Source: Oikopleura dioica (Eukaryota > Animalia > Chordata). From it: 64,000 nt of DNA. The notes below the pieces were generated by a model. It had not been told where the DNA came from. It saw nothing but the letters and a program-made list of their open reading frames with translations, and searched no databases. Shown one piece after another: positions 33,401 to 47,630 of this stretch (positions are counted from its first letter, which is position 1; each line of letters opens with the position of its first letter). The stretch is from contig OU015566.1 of assembly GCA_907165135.1 (NCBI GenBank), positions 4,836,001-4,900,000 on the forward strand, given 5' to 3'. The position numbers and the translations under genes are program-made.

Positions 33401-36400
33401 GAGTCGAAATTTTATTTATTTGGAAATTTCAATGAAAATTTTTTGATGGCGATATTTTCGTTGCAAATTGGGCAAGTATGGTGTGTGTCTTGGCAGCCAC
33501 CATTGTAGTATGGGATCAGAGCGCAGCAAGGGCCCATACAGAATGTCAAGCAGCCAACAGTGAACAGAATCACTGACAGAAAGCGTGTCGTTGAGCCCGG
33601 TTCCCTTCTCCTATCGGTAAAGCCTTCGTATCCGCAATTAGGGCAGACGCATTTTACCGGATCGTGATCGAAGACAATCGGTTCTGGCTCCTTCTTGATC
33701 ACTTAAATTTTTCACTAGGATGGTCAGGGTAAAATAATTACCAGGTTGTTCGCCAGGAAGCTCCTCCATTTTTATGCTAGAATTCTGATTGTTCTCCATT
33801 TTCAGAAGACTTCTCTTTTGAATACCGACTGGAGTCTACCGAGGCTGAGGTTCAAGTAAATGTCAGATGGAATGAGGAAGATCATACTTATTATTTCAGC
33901 ATTTGATAAACGACTTCATAATACCGGGATTCTCTTCGTTTACCTTGAATCACATAGTTCAAGAATGACTTATTCTAAATGACTAAGATGGATTATTTTT
34001 ACTCATACATATTCGTCATTTCATATGAGTCATATAATATCAGTCATATAATATGAATCATATTATATGAGTCATATAATATGAGTCATATTTGAGATTT
34101 TTTTTTGTTACTTTTAATAATTATTTTTTTTTTCTTATTATTTTTAGCATAAAAAAATCAGTTTTTAGCTAAGCTTTTTTATTCATTAATCGTCATGTGA
34201 TATTCACGGGCAAGAATTTTCCCCTTAGCGTTACACGTAAGAAATGTAAGAAGTCGTAGAAGTCGGATCCTTCTTAGTCGTCGAAAATTCAAGTAGCGGG
34301 GGCGATGATTGAGCTGGACCCTCGAATATATTTGTTCAATCAAGTGGCTTTTAAGACGCGTTTTCGAAGAAACTACATTTCGTGAGCGCTAAGCCAGGAG
34401 GTTTGCTGTACAAACAAATGAGGATACATTGGCTTAAAAAGTTTAAACGTGGATTTGTCCGGTTTCAACCTTCGGTTTTAAGGAGACACGCATCGATAAT
34501 CGCATTTTTCATCAAATTTTCGTTGTAAGATTAAGAAAGTGATGCCCTTATTTTTTGTTAAGTCAAAAATATCAAATTTTTCTTGAGTTTTTTTTTGATA
34601 AAATAAGGGTGTCACTTCGAAAAAATCAGATTTCTTTTTATCAAAAATTTCTTGTAAACTTAAAGTGATACCCTTATTTTTCGTTTAGTGCAAAAACTCA
34701 AATAAAGATTAATTTTTACAAAAAAAATAAGGGTGTCACTACGAGAAAGTCTCTTGAAAAATATTTTAGAAAAAAAAATGTTTTTGACTCAAATTTTTTC
34801 GTTTAAAATTGTTTTTTTTCGAAGAAAAGAATACGTAAGATGTCACTTTGCTGAATATCCTGCTGGGGGGTTTCCCTCACCTGAGCCATAATTGATAGCA
34901 TTCCGAAGCAAAGCCAGTTTGTTTCAATTATTCTTACGACGTGTTATGCTCCGGAGATTCTTCGGTGCAATACTCGACCAAAAATCGTTCATTTTATCGA
35001 GACACTAATTAAGGCTTTCCACCTCGCTAAGGACCTTCTATTTTTTTTTCTTTAAAAAACAATAAAGTTAAAAGACAAAAAAACTGTCAATCGAATTGGT
35101 GAAATCAAGTTTTGCAACTTTGAAGGTTTTCACGTAACTCAAAACCGCGAAAACGAATCATTAACATTCCATTGAGGACTAAGCAGCGCGATTGGAAACG
35201 CAATTATTTCCATTAACAAAATCAGTTCTCAAAATTCTTGTTCTAAAAATGACTCTCAAAAAAACTAAAATTCTCTCTCATCAAATAATTTTTGAAATAT
35301 CAAGCGAAAAAAGAGATTGACAACTTAACCTGTCGATGTAAGAAGAACTTATCAGGATTAACCTGTTTGCGCATTTTGTCCAGTCGGGGGCTTGACATCA
35401 GCATTAACCTATACGCGTCAATATCTTCCTTGTTCCGAAGCGTCCTGTGCCAGGACCTGAGTCAGGATTCAAAAAAAAATTTGATAAAGGAATTTTTTGA
35501 ATCCTGACTCAGGTTTTCTACGAAGAGCTAAAATTTTCAATTTTCGGCTCGAAAAAATGAGAAGATGTCTGGAACCGACAAAAAAATTTCGACAAATTTT
35601 CGAGGAAATTTTCAACCAATCAGAAGCCTTAATTAGGCTTATCGGCCAATCAGCAGCCGAGAAGCCGCCCACGCGAAATTTTTAAAAATTTTTTGTCGGC
35701 GACCCTGAAAAAATGCGATATTCATGCCAAATTTAACTGATTTTAACCTCCTTCGTCTCTGAAAAATAATCTTTGGTTATTCACGAATAAAAATGAAAAA
35801 ATAAACGTGCTGGGAATCTTTGTATCTCTCCAGTGCCGAGAAAACTGGTCGTGTGGTTTTTGGAAAAAGTGAACTTATCGTCGCCTGGACCCCGCCTAAG
35901 CCGCAGATAAAGGCACACTTGCGCAAAGAGGCCAACTCTGGGGGGAGATTGCGCGCGCGGGGGGCAAACCCAGTAAAGATTTTGCTTTAGACTTTCTTGA
36001 TTTTTTTGTTCAAAGAAATTTTTTAGATATGGTGGAATTTATTTGGATGATACTCAAATCGTCACTCGTTCTATGGGTTTGGTTCTGAAAGACTGAAAAA
36101 TAAAGGTTGAAAGGAGCAGGTAAAGAACCAAAAAAGACCCTCTTCGTAAGCTGTCCTGCACTTTGCCGTACGAAAAGAAGGGAACCCTGATGAATGGAGT
36201 CATCGTTTCAGAACCAAACGCACCGTTTTTGAAGAAATGGTTGTTTCTTGGATACAACGACTTTGAGGTACTTGGGCGATTTAAAGTCTATCATTTATCA
36301 TGATTCATTCATTGATGAGGTCATCGATCTAAATAAAAGAGATATAATTTAATATTCATGAGACATTCGATTTTGAAAAAAACCGATTTCGAAAATTTCA

Positions 36401-38069
36401 AACATTATTATGATTTTTTTTCGGGAAAAAGTTAAGCTGCGATTTTACGTTCGCGAGAAATTTTCCCGAAAAAAAAACTGGCCATTGATTGGCCGGTAGG
36501 CCGAATAAAAGCTTTTGATTGGCTCATTTTATTTCATGAAAAAAATGAAGATTTCTTGCTTTTTTTTGAAATTCTTTGCCACAACAAAAATCTAATATTT
36601 CTTTTCAGGATCATAGGTGGGCATGGAACTCCTGCCGAAAACCATATTTTCTCTGGGAAAAGTATCCAAACCTGCTGCACGTGGAGCCAAAGACGTTTCT
36701 TCCCAGCTGGGACCAGTGGGAGGTAAGAAAAAAATCGTCGATAATTTGATTTCTTTGAACGGAGGAGCAAATCGAATCGAAAAAAGCTGTTTTTCAAACT
36801 CATCCCCTCTTGTGATATTTTGAATACAGAAATTTGATTTCGAGCCGAAGCGCTCTCGAAAATGTAGTTTGTTGAGGGCACATGTTTGGCTTTCCGATTT
36901 CTAGTAAACAGCTTTTCTTCAGAATTGCTTTGACATTTAGGGAAAACGAAGAATTTCGTTGAGAATAGACAATTTTCGAAATTTATTAGAAATAGGGAAA
37001 TTTTGCCCCAAAGTCACCTAAAAGCTGCAAAAAAAATATAAATTAAATTTTGCGTCGAAATTTTTGACTCGAAAAAACTCGAAAATCCGTCTAAAACAAG
37101 CCTTTTTCGGACTCAACAAATTTATGGAAGTGATTCTATGGATCAGGGTTTTGATTGGCTGTAAGGCCAAATACAGCGATCTTATTGGATATAAAAAAAT
37201 GCACTTCCATGAATCGATTTAGTCCGATAAAAGATGGTTCTCGGCCGATTTTCGTGTTTTTTCGAGTCAAAAATTTTGACGCAATTTTTTTTTCAGATTT
37301 TAGATTTGTTTGAGGCTTATTTTTCAAGTTTTTCTTAAATTTTCTCCTCTCAAAATATTTTTAAACCATAAATTTCCGTTCCCAAATATTATGCAACGCC
37401 AATTTCAACTCTTTTTAGGAACTGTTCTTCGATAACCACTACCCCTGGCGAGAAAATGACAATTACGCAGGAACGGGTTAATTTTTCTACTTTTTCAACT
37501 TCCGTTTCTTCAATTGGATAATTACGGAAGCAGAAGCTATTCTAAACCTGCCCCCTATTTTTATCCCAAACTTGTGTTATCATCCGAATTCGGTACTTGA
37601 GAGCCTAATCGAGTGTTTAATCTCAAAACTAAAAAACATGATGGCAAAATATGCAACATGATTGATTGAACCATTCTAAGCTGCTTATCTTGTGCCCAGA
37701 AATTTGAAAAAAGACTTGATCAAATAAAAAATAATCTCTTTCGGAATTATATCATGAAATCCATGTTATTTTTCCGCTAGAATTGTTTATTTTTTATTCA
37801 AAATTTTCACTTGAAATTTTCAAGTTGAAAATGAAAAAATTGAAAATTTTTCTTGAGAAAATAAAAATATTAGCCCTGGAAAAGTGCATATTTATCACAA
37901 AAAATACCGCCGGAATCACAATCTTGAGGAAATCGTAGGTATGAATAATACTTTAGGAGAATTAGCTAGGCACACGGCGACGGCATATAACGCTTGGCCA
38001 GGGAGGTCCAAGTATTTGCCGATTTTCGAAAGAAGAGATGATGCGAATTCAAGAAGCCAGTTTTTGTAA
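30426..38069 (+). CDS. Alpha-1,4-glycosyltransferase-family protein (A4GNT/A4GALT-like), multi-exon; 5' end uncertain
   Basis: VPNIVHYIWFG (30.6 kb), HQADVARIELLM (31.6 kb), YGGIYLDD (36.03 kb), NGVIVSEPNAPFLKKW, LLHVEPKTFLPSW, last exon ending at 38069. Confidence 0.82.
30970..31318. repeat. Minisatellite, 11-13 bp unit AAAACCTGAGT(A)
   Basis: About 25 tandem copies in a glycosyltransferase intron. Confidence 0.92.
32903..33147. mobile_element. MITE of the AAAACCTGAGTCAGGG family
   Basis: Inverted ends GAAAACCTGAGTCAGG / CCTGACTCAGGTTTTC; other copies at about 35455-35515, 43420-43685, 60404-60510 and 63258-63360. Confidence 0.8.
33412..33799 (-). CDS. LITAF-domain protein, 2 exons, nested antisense in a glycosyltransferase intron
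   Basis: CPNC ... hydrophobic segment ... HTCPIC, the LITAF zinc-ribbon signature. Confidence 0.88.
35565..35700. mobile_element. Twin-CCAAT MITE family copy
   Basis: CCAAT at 35616 and 35646. Confidence 0.8.
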
Positions 38070-38163
38070 ATATAACAACCAGGTAAGTTTGTGACTTGTC
38101 AGCAGATTCTTTATTGTTTTCGAGTAAAAAGACAACATTTCAATATGTCCGATCGATTTTTAA

Positions 38164-38322
38164 GGGGGGGGTGTCAGGAACCGACAACAAAATTCGACAG
38201 ATTTTGCATTTAAATTTTCAACCAATCAGAAGCGTGGATTCGGCTAACCGGCTTATCAGCAGCCAAATAGCCGCCTACGCAAAATTTGTCGTAATTTTTT
38301 GTCGATTCGTGACACCACCCCC
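38164..38322. mobile_element. Complete twin-CCAAT MITE with TTAA target (Kolobok-type RR..YY ends)
   Basis: TTAA|GGGGGGGGTGTCAGGAACCGAC...GTCGATTCGTGACACCACCCCC|TTAA. Confidence 0.85.
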
Positions 38323-39327
38323 TTAAGGACCCCCTCCGTCTAGTGGAGATAACTTTTTGAACAGTGATTTTGGAGACACGCCCTTAAGATTTTTGACAAT
38401 TTTGTAAGAAAATGATTGTTAGAAAACTCAAAAGTCGGTTAAGGGTACTCAAGTCCTCTTTTTAAGGGTGTCGCAACAATAAGTTAAAATTTCAATTTTT
38501 CTTTTTTGAAATTTCTCTTGAAAAAATCCAAGTACCAGCCACTCGAAAATATTTAAACAAGTAGCCAAAACGTGAGTTGGAACAATAACCACCGGGTTCC
38601 ATCGAAAATTCTTGCAAAAACATATAAACTCGGTGTGCTCTTCAATTTTTCAAATTTGCGGCGTAATTTTATCCGTTCCGCAAAAATAAAACGAAATTGG
38701 TTTAGCTACACCTCACGAATCAACCCGCCTTTCAAATTGTACAGAAGACGCCGACCCGAGTTGTCTGTTAAAGAAGACTCAGATGAAGAGAATTTTAAAA
38801 AGAAAAAATCTTACTGTAAATAAAACAAAACTTTAGAAATCCAAAAATTCTGGTTTTCAAGAACTCAAGTTTCGATCACTTACTTTCTCAAATCTCAAAA
38901 TGACGGGGTGAGTAAGAGAGAGATTCTCGAATATGAGAAGAGGGGGATTAAGGGTATCCGCAATGTGGGGTAATTTTGAGATTTTTAAGGATCTCTTAGC
39001 GTTATGGTGAATCATGGAGAGAATTATTATTACAGAATTTGCCTTGAAATTCCAAAAGACAGTATCTTAGAAACGCAGGTTCTCTCCCTTATCAGTAAAA
39101 AAATGATAAGGAAAGCAGACCCTTATTTGTCATTAGAAAACCCAAATCTTAATTTTCACTTTTAACTTTTGAATAATTTTTTATGTCATCACTGATGACT
39201 CATCAAAAAAGCCAAAGATGTCCATATAACTGAAGCGTTGAAAACAAGGAAGAAAACATATGTCGCAGCTCATAGAGCGGTAAATTTTTCTTATAAAAAG
39301 AAGAATCTTCTTAACAAGAGCTTGAAG

Positions 39328-39736
39328 ATGAGACTTTTTGTTTTCTTTATTTTCCCGATTTTCGCGGTGAATTTTTCAACCCCATATCGAACAGTTGACA
39401 CGGAATATCGACGACTTGAGCTCTACGGATCGCCCTATTATGGACCGATTGAGGATCATACAACCGCAAATCATATTTGTAAACAGGTAAAAAGAGCGGG
39501 TAAGAATATTGAGGAACTGAAATGATAAGAATGGGCTTGTTCTTCCGGACCCAATGGACGAAAACGAAGCTCAAGCAATCTTTAAAGACAACAATGGTCT
39601 TCAGCTTGTAGCAAGTTATCATACAGGTAAACGCCTTTTAACAGCGATTGTTTTAACAGTTTTTGAAATAGGGATCATAAGAGACGAAGCTTGGAATTGG
39701 ATCGCCTCAAGAAATTTTCACCTCTTTGTTATATAA
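39328..39736 (+). CDS. Small secreted protein, possibly a degenerate C-type lectin-like domain, 3 exons
   Basis: Signal peptide; ANHIC..LVLPDPMDENE..WNW pattern; short introns. Confidence 0.45.
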
Positions 39737-39812
39737 ATTTTTTATACCAACAAATTCATGAAATTTAAAAAGCAATAAACGAGTACCAAAACTCTATTGG
39801 GGCGCCGGATTA

Positions 39813-40734
39813 GTGTCTGACGGCTTTGCCGAAGCTCCAATAAGGCATGAACCTCCAATGATTGATTTCGGTCTTTGCTTGGCTCGTGAACTTACTCTCC
39901 ACGCTTCCGCACTCAAGTTGAACGTCTGCGACAATCGGACTGAAGCGACATTTCTTTGCGCGCACGATGATTTGGATTTTGCGCTGAAGACTTATCTCAA
40001 TAGAGATTTCATTGAAATGACTCATTGCTGGACGAAATATGTTCTGTACAGTGACATTCCAGCTTATTGCTTTAATTCGTCACCATGCAACTTAGAGGCC
40101 TTTGAAGAACTGGCGGGACAATGGACCGAAGAGAAAGAAAAACTTATTCAAAATCGCAAACCAAGACGAATAAAGTGAGTTAAAAATGGGATGGCGTCTA
40201 GAACCGACAAAAAAATACGACAAATTTTGCGTGGGCGGCTACTCGGCTGCTGATTGGCCAGTTTGCCTGATCAAGGCTTCTGATTGGTTGAAAATTTCCA
40301 CGCTAAATTTGTCAAAATTTTTTTTCGGTTCCAGACACCTCCCTCTAAAAATGCCCGATTTTTCAATTATCGAACCCTTAAAGGTGTCAACAGCGATTTC
40401 GCCCAGATCGTTGTTGACACCCTTATTTGCTCAAAAACTTAGGGACGCTGCGGAGCAATGCTCGAAAGAAGGTTCAAAGCTATTTCGCCCGTCATCAAAT
40501 AATCTCGATTTCGTTAAAAATCTTCATAAAATAACGATGGACATCATTTGGGTGAACGGCTGGCAAGATGATACGAATTTGCGAGAATTCGAAAGCGACC
40601 TTCTTCTATCAAAGGAAGACTTTCTTGGCATTGATTTTTCGATCGATTTTTTTGGGAGAGAATTAAGGGGAATCCCTAAAAAGGAAGATTATTCAATTTT
40701 TGAACAAGTTTCTATTCTTGAAATGGTTTCTTAA
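39813..40734 (+). CDS. Hypothetical protein, at least 2 exons; the intron holds two MITEs
   Basis: Donor GTGAGT at about 40174 and acceptor TTAG at about 40442 join RRIK|DAAEQC in frame. Confidence 0.5.
40188..40345. mobile_element. Twin-CCAAT MITE family copy (intronic)
   Basis: ATTGG at 40253 and 40283; TIR present. Confidence 0.85.
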
Positions 40735-41362
40735 TCGTTCGAAGCACACCACTTTTTCAACAGGTGGGAATTTATGGCAATCTCGAACTCGATTGAAAGC
40801 TGTTTTTATTTGCATGGAGGCGAGTTTTTCTATTTTTTTAACAGTCAAAAAATATGTATTAAAAGGTGGTAGAAGAATTCGAAGCGATTGAAAAATTTCA
40901 ATTTCTGGAAAATGCTGAACTTGGGATTGAGGACATTCAAGAGATAGAGCGATTACCCGATGGAAAAGGCGTTTATATGAAAGTTGACGCGAAATTTTTG
41001 CTAGGAAAGAGTTCGTAGATTAAGGGTATCGAAGCAAATTTCATCAATTGAACTCGAAAATGCCATTGCCCTTGGATCTTCAGCAGTCATTTCCGTCACT
41101 GTAACAATCTGCATCTGTATCGCTTTCCGCATGAAATTGAACAATCGCGACGAGATACATGTTATCAACTGAAATAATAAAAAGCACATGCCATAAAAAT
41201 ACAGAATAAGGGTGTTATTTACGAAAGCCCACATTCGATATTTGCAGCGCACCTTAGCTCAGCAAATATTGCCATCGCAGCCCGAGATTTGCTGACTAAT
41301 AAAGGCTAAAGAGGAATTTTTCCACAACAGCTAGAAATCATCGATTTTTGAAGTGGCGAAAG

Positions 41363-42506
41363 ATGACGGTGGACCCGACTGAAGATCATGATTCGTTGCC
41401 ACCGGAATGTGAAACATACTCGAATCTTTCATTCAGTACAGTTAGCAATTACAAAGAGGACATTCAAATACCGAATAAGGAAGAAAACAAGTTTGACTTT
41501 TCAGGTTAGTTCTGAATTCAGTTGTTATCACAAGATTCGAATAACCCCTTCCCCCCATCAGCATTCTCCTTCGAAAAATGGAAGTTTTTAAGAACACCCT
41601 TTTTTGGTTGTTAATGCGTCTTCAGGTTAAACTTGCTTCAAAAACTTCATAAGAGGAATTTTTGACCAAGAAAAATCAATATTTTTGCCAAAATTAGGCC
41701 AAATTTCGTCAATTTTCGGCGAATTTCCTTAATTATCAAAGTAATCTTTAGGATTGAAGGAAGATATGGAGAAAATAATTAACGATAAAATGGCCATTGT
41801 TGACATCCTTAACCACGAGCTTCTTGAGATGAAGTCGAAAATCAAAAACCTTGAAGAGAAGTCGGAAAGCCAGTCGCTGAAAATTGAAGATCTCGAAAAT
41901 CAACTCCACACTGCCAAATCGAACAATTCACAACTGGAGGACATGCTTTTTCAATCGGCGGTTGATTATCCTGATCAAAATATCGGCCACTACTTGCAGG
42001 ACGACAGAAGGCTGAAATCTGGTGGTCCCCGAGATGATATGAAAGAGGATGAAGTAAAAAGTGTGCTCATGTATTTTCATAACGGGCAGGCCAAAAAGGT
42101 CAATTTCAAGGAAGTGGGATATTTTTGACTTTCTGTTTTTTGCTGTTTTATGCAAAAACATCATGAAACATCCCTGTAAAGTTGAATTATCAAAGAAATC
42201 TCGAAGTCGAAAAAAGAGGTGTCAAATTCAAATTTCAATCGGCTCTAGAAAGACTTGGCGGAGATGGCTCTTATCATTTATCTCTCAGTAAAAACAGTAA
42301 GAACCATCTTCCGGGGCAGCTAAAAATAAATTTCAGGTGGAGAGGAAATACCATTCAAAGCCCTCGCTCAAGAAATCGACCCAGAAAGTGGCGAAATAAA
42401 AAACATGAAGTTGTTATCATCATTCAAAGATGGTGCTTTTCAGAAGATAAAATTTAAGAAAGAATCTGATGGTCGTTATATCCGTTTTAACCTTCTTCTT
42501 CTGTGA
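41363..42506 (+). CDS. Hypothetical coiled-coil protein, multi-exon
   Basis: Heptad-rich ORF 41754-42128 with flanking exons. Confidence 0.45.
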
Positions 42507-42688
42507 CAAAAAATGAAAAATAAACGCGAGAGGGGAGGTCACATGTTCCAATTTTTTTGTTTATCTTTTTTATTTTGCCGGAAAATTGGGCGACCGGAAA
42601 ACCAGCTCCCACCTCCTCGCGACTTTTTCATAACTCCAAGTTTCAACTTTTCAAAAATCATTTTCACAAAAAGTCGAAAAACCTAAAA

Positions 42689-44116
42689 ATGAGAAAATCG
42701 CGAAGAATGAGCATCGTTTCCCTTTTGACCCGAATGAGCGAAAATTCCAACTTGCGAGAGCTCAAAAATGAATTGAAAGTGGCTCAACGGACTCAGCTGC
42801 AGAATCTCGAGTCGAATCATTCTGCGCAAATGGAGCTTGCGGCAGATTTGGTGTCTTTTTTGACCCTGAAAAGTAGGCTGCAGAAAGAGGTGGATGAGAA
42901 ATTGTTGAAATTGACGAAGATTTTAACGGAGCGGAGTCAAAAACGATCCGGGATTTTCGGCTTCAAGGATTCGACTGAAAATGCTTTTGAAAATTTATTG
43001 AAGCAAGAGGAAATCAGTCTCAGGTAAAAAAAACCCTTCTTTCTCACCGCCAATTTTCAGCCACCAACTCCGCGCCTCCGAGTCTCAAAGCTTTCTCGCC
43101 GAAGAAATCATCTCCCTCGCCGGCTTGACCCAAAAAAACTTCGAGCAAAACGAGTCGTTCCTCGAAGCCGTCCATGAAATGCACAAAGACATCCTCGCCC
43201 AGCTCTTCAAGACCGACAAGTTCGTTCAAACTTCGGAGAAAAAATCAAGGACGAAAGAATTGGCACTCAAGGAAGACTTTGCGGTCATCAAAAATAAGCA
43301 GAATTTTGATGTTGCGAGATGCCAGATGATCGCGTTTGGCGAAGAATGGAACGGGCATCAGGCGCTAGAACTTAGTTTTAATTCTCAGGTAGAGGATTAG
43401 GGTTCACTCGATAACCTTTGTAGAAATCCTGAGTCAGGGTCTGAGAGATCTCAAGGGAAAAGTCACGTAGGTTTTTGAGGGGTTTTCGAAAATTATTCAT
43501 CAGTCACGTACGCATTCTTCGTACGTGACCTTAACAATTTAGGATTCTGTTTCTCATAAATAGGTTTGAATTATTGCGAAGCCGCTTTGCGGCTTCGTTT
43601 AAAAAAAAAGCCGCTACGCGGCTTTTCATTTAAGATCTTTCAGACCCTGACTCTGGAATTTTGCACAGGTTTTAGATCCCAGGGTCACGGTTCAATATGA
43701 TTTTTTAGGAAAATTTCACAGTCGAAGTGACAAAAATCTTTCAAAAAATCATCGATCTCCAAGAAGAACAAATCGCAAAAGACAAAAACCGAACCCTCAT
43801 CTTCCAACAATCCCTAAACGCCGTCGACAAAGAAGAAATCCTCGCATCCTTCGCTGGAGAACTAAAACTGGAACTAGACTTGAACGAAAAAGTAAAAGCA
43901 AAGATTTCAAATCACGATCCACTTGATGAGTGCCAGCGGGAAGTGCAGGCGCAGAAATTGGCGGAAATTCGGAAGAGAAAAGAAGGATTGGAGAAGGAAA
44001 AACAACTGCTTGGAAGAGTTCAGAATAAGGAGACGAGCTTGATTCCAATGGTGGGTATTGAAGATAGCGAGGAGGAAATTGCCAAACAGATTTTGATCAT
44101 CAGGAACGGTTTTTGA
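42689..44116 (+). CDS. Hypothetical coiled-coil protein, multi-exon
   Basis: E/K/L/Q-rich ORFs 42689-43023, 43040-43390 and 43727-44116 bounded by splice sites. Confidence 0.5.
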
Positions 44117-44869
44117 AAAAAATGAGACATTGTCACGTACGCATTTGTACGTGACATGAACAATTTAAGAATTTGCCTCTGAAATCTGCCAAACATTATA
44201 AGAATTTTTTAAATAATTATTTAAAAGAACAAGTGATGATTTTTTGGAAAAAAACCGTCTCGAAGACATAAACTCGCGATTAACTCTCTCGAAAAAGCCG
44301 TCACCGAGTGTCTCGTCAAAACGAAAGTCTTCGCCGTTGCCAGAAATTCTTCCATCGCTCAAAATCATCAAGAAATATCGGTAAATTATCATTCTAACCG
44401 AGAAATTGATAATTAATTAAGTTTCCTCGCGGCGCTGTCATTGAACTTCCACAAGGTCTATCCGATTCGGAGATGGCGTTTGGCCTCTATCTGGTATTTC
44501 TTTAATCATTTTGAAAGCAATCTTGATGAATTATTCAGGCGAAAGGCGGTAAATTCCCGTCAAAATGCGTTGAACTCATTTCTGAAATCAACAAAGAAGA
44601 GCCTGAAAGAGAAGCTGGCGACCAAACTGACGATGAAAACTTTATTTCCATTCCTCCTGCTATCAAACTCATTTGAACAAAGAATTTTTCTCTCGCTTCA
44701 GATTTATAATTTCAAACATAAACAAGTTGACAAATACAAGGTGGCTCAGTAAGCATTGTAAGCGTCCATCAATCCATCGGCGATCGAGCCATCATACGCG
44801 CTGAATAAAAAAAATAATCGAATGAAAAAAATATTTTATCAATTCGACCGCTCTCTTTTTTATTGGGGT

Positions 44870-45195
44870 TGTGTCCTAAATCGACGAAAAAATCTCGAAA
44901 AATTTTGCGTGGGCGGCTACTCGGGTGCTGATTGGCCGGTTAGTCAAATGCCGGCTTCTGATTGGTTGAAACTTTCCTGACACTCCCCCTTTTATTGAGT
45001 CAAAATATGCTTTTTATAGGTTTTTGAAAATTTTTATTGCCTGAGATTATCCCAAAAATACCCATGTCTGAAACAAATTTGCATGGAAAATTTCAACCAA
45101 TCAGAAGCCTGGATTCCGCAAACCGGCCAATCAGCAGCCGAATTGCCGCCCACGCATAATTTTTCGGTATTTTTGTCGATTCCGGAGGCCACCCC
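44870..45195. mobile_element. Two oppositely oriented twin-CCAAT MITE copies
   Basis: ATTGG at 44931/44961 and CCAAT at 45097/45127. Confidence 0.75.
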
Positions 45196-46398
45196 GGATT
45201 TTTAACCTATTGTAGCGACACCCTTAAGATCTTTAACCCTAACGCTTTCCCTTATCGTAAACAAAACCCCTTTCTTTTCAGTAAAAAATGCCGACTTACT
45301 AGTTGAATGGATTAAAAGCCCCTCGTTTTTGCTCCTGCATCTTTGGCAGCTTTCCCAGTCCAAGAAGTCCGCCAAAAGCAGCTGAGCTCATTGTCACGAC
45401 AAAAAGTGATATTTTCATCCTCTTCTTCTCAATGTCTTAATTTTAATTCTCAGCGCTGCTCCGTCATTTTTCTTTTATACGCAAAAAGTGCGTTAGCAAA
45501 ATTAAATAAATTATCTCCCATAAGATAGGCTGGGTTGCGTCCGAAAAGATCAGCCCCCGATCAGTGTTAAGGATCTCACCAATTTTGGAAATGGGGATCG
45601 CGTTCTTTTTCGGAGATAAAGAGGGGCAGCAAAATTGAAAGGAAAATAATTGACCAGGGGAAAATGAGAACAATTTGGGACGGAAAAATTCAAAATCAAA
45701 ATAAGGGTGTTACTTCTTTATGCGATTTTTTTTTTTCAAAATTGCTCAAATTCAAAAAAAAAATTGTGAAAATTTTGACCAAATTTTCAGTCAAATTTTA
45801 CACTCATGAATCATTAGTCATGGTCAATGAGTCATGGTTTTCGAGTCGAAAAGATTCTGATTGGTCGAAAATTTCGACCAATCAAAATTCCGGATTCGCA
45901 TTGTTTTTTCTGAAAAAAATTCGCGAAGAAATCCATTTTTTTGTCTTAAATATCATCAAAAATGTTAAGAATCTGACCTTGTCGTTAAAAACCAAATCGT
46001 CTGTATCTAATGTTTGACCCAAATGAGTATGATCTGGTCTATTTATTATCTTGGAGAATCAATAATTCACGATGGAACGACACTAATGATGCGTTTATAC
46101 AATCCGACGGGCTGCGTTTTTGAACAGTGCTTTCTCTCGAACCAACGTCCAATTACATCTTCAATTACTGTATTCATTCATAAATTAGTAGATGCATGCA
46201 AGTCAGAATTTGACGAAAGTCATTCTTCGTCAGCGAAAAAATTACTTATTCAAGGCAAATTTCGAGCAGGATCAATTTGACACTCAAATTTCGGAATGCT
46301 GCTTCGTTTTACGAGACCAATGCAAATGTTGCCGACTACACGAAGCTTCGATATTATTGATTTTTCGATCAAATAGTCCCAAAATTTCTGCAAAAAGC

Positions 46399-47630
46399 AT
46401 GTCGAATGAAGGGGGAAAAGAAATTGACTATTTTTACAACACGAAAGATGAAAGAGAGCAAACGCTATCAGAACTTCGATCAGGTAATAAAAGAGATAAA
46501 AAATACGAATTATCGAATTATTAAAATCCTTATATAAAACTCTTGTAGAAATGATGATGCTGCGCGCAGTGGTCTCTGATCTGAGCAAAAAATTCGAGGA
46601 TGAGAAACAATACCGACTTCGAGCTGATTACGAAAAGAAGCGGGAGGCTGAGTTCGCTCGGCAGCAACTTGAAAAGGAGTTTCAAACGAAGATGACGATT
46701 CGGGAAGACGACTTGAAGTTTGAGCACCAATCAGTGGAGAATTCTTTGCGGGAGGAAATAAGAGAATTAAGGAATCAAAATGAAGAAAGGATGGTGAATT
46801 TTGAGCGGAAAATTCACGAGCTTGAAAGAAATTTGCTCACTAAAATGGAAGTCAAAGAAAGAGTTATTTCAAAGCAACAGCAAGAAATAAACAACCTGAA
46901 ATCGAAAAATAAGCAATTCGAAAAGAAAGTGTCGCGGTTGAAAAATCAAAATGATGAGTTGGAAAGAACAGTGAGAAGGTATAACGACAGAACAAGGATA
47001 AACGAAGTTGAAATAGAAGAGAGGCGAGAATATGATGATAAGCAGTTTCAAGAGCTGAAAAAACAATTTGACGAAATGAAAAATCAATCAAAAAAGAGTG
47101 AAACTCGACTGAAAAGAAACGAGGGAGGATGCATTCTCCGAAATTTCGTTGTCGACCTTCCGCCGGAGAAATACCATTCTCGCGAAGACGTGATTCCTTT
47201 TCTGAGCGCTCTTGACGCGGGCTTAGCTGACTTGAAACTCAAAATGCTTTTTACGAATCCGTTGAAGGCGAAATACTCGGATGATTATTTTAAAGTTGTT
47301 CAAGAAGGTGATTTTTTTTATTTTCCAAAATTATATCATGACAAGGCTGCTGAAATTCTTTGGAAAAGTGATTTTGGCTTTCGGACATATATTGGTGAAC
47401 CAAGTTCGACAAATGGCGAATTGCAAATTCAATTCGTTATTTGTGTTCTTCCCGGAATAAAAATACAAATCGAAAGCAATATGGATAAAAAGTACAAAAC
47501 AAAGTCAGATTCAGAAAAAAGAACAATTGAATCGAAGAAATTTCATTATTTCGCATTTATAATTTTCATTTCAAAAGAAAACTTTGACCGTCTCATTATC
47601 ACTTTCAAAGTCTCTTCTCAATCAAAATAG
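46399..47630 (+). CDS. Coiled-coil protein with an orphan C-terminal domain, paralogue 1, 2 exons
   Basis: Exon 1 MSNEGGKEIDYFYN..LRS plus the 359-aa ORF; duplicated at 49609-50605. Confidence 0.78.

Noticed and set aside
40186-40440. N-terminal half of the 182-aa ORF 40186-40734 (and similar 'WRLEPTKK / ADWP' ORFs elsewhere)
   Set aside because: Read-through of the twin-CCAAT MITE inside an intron.
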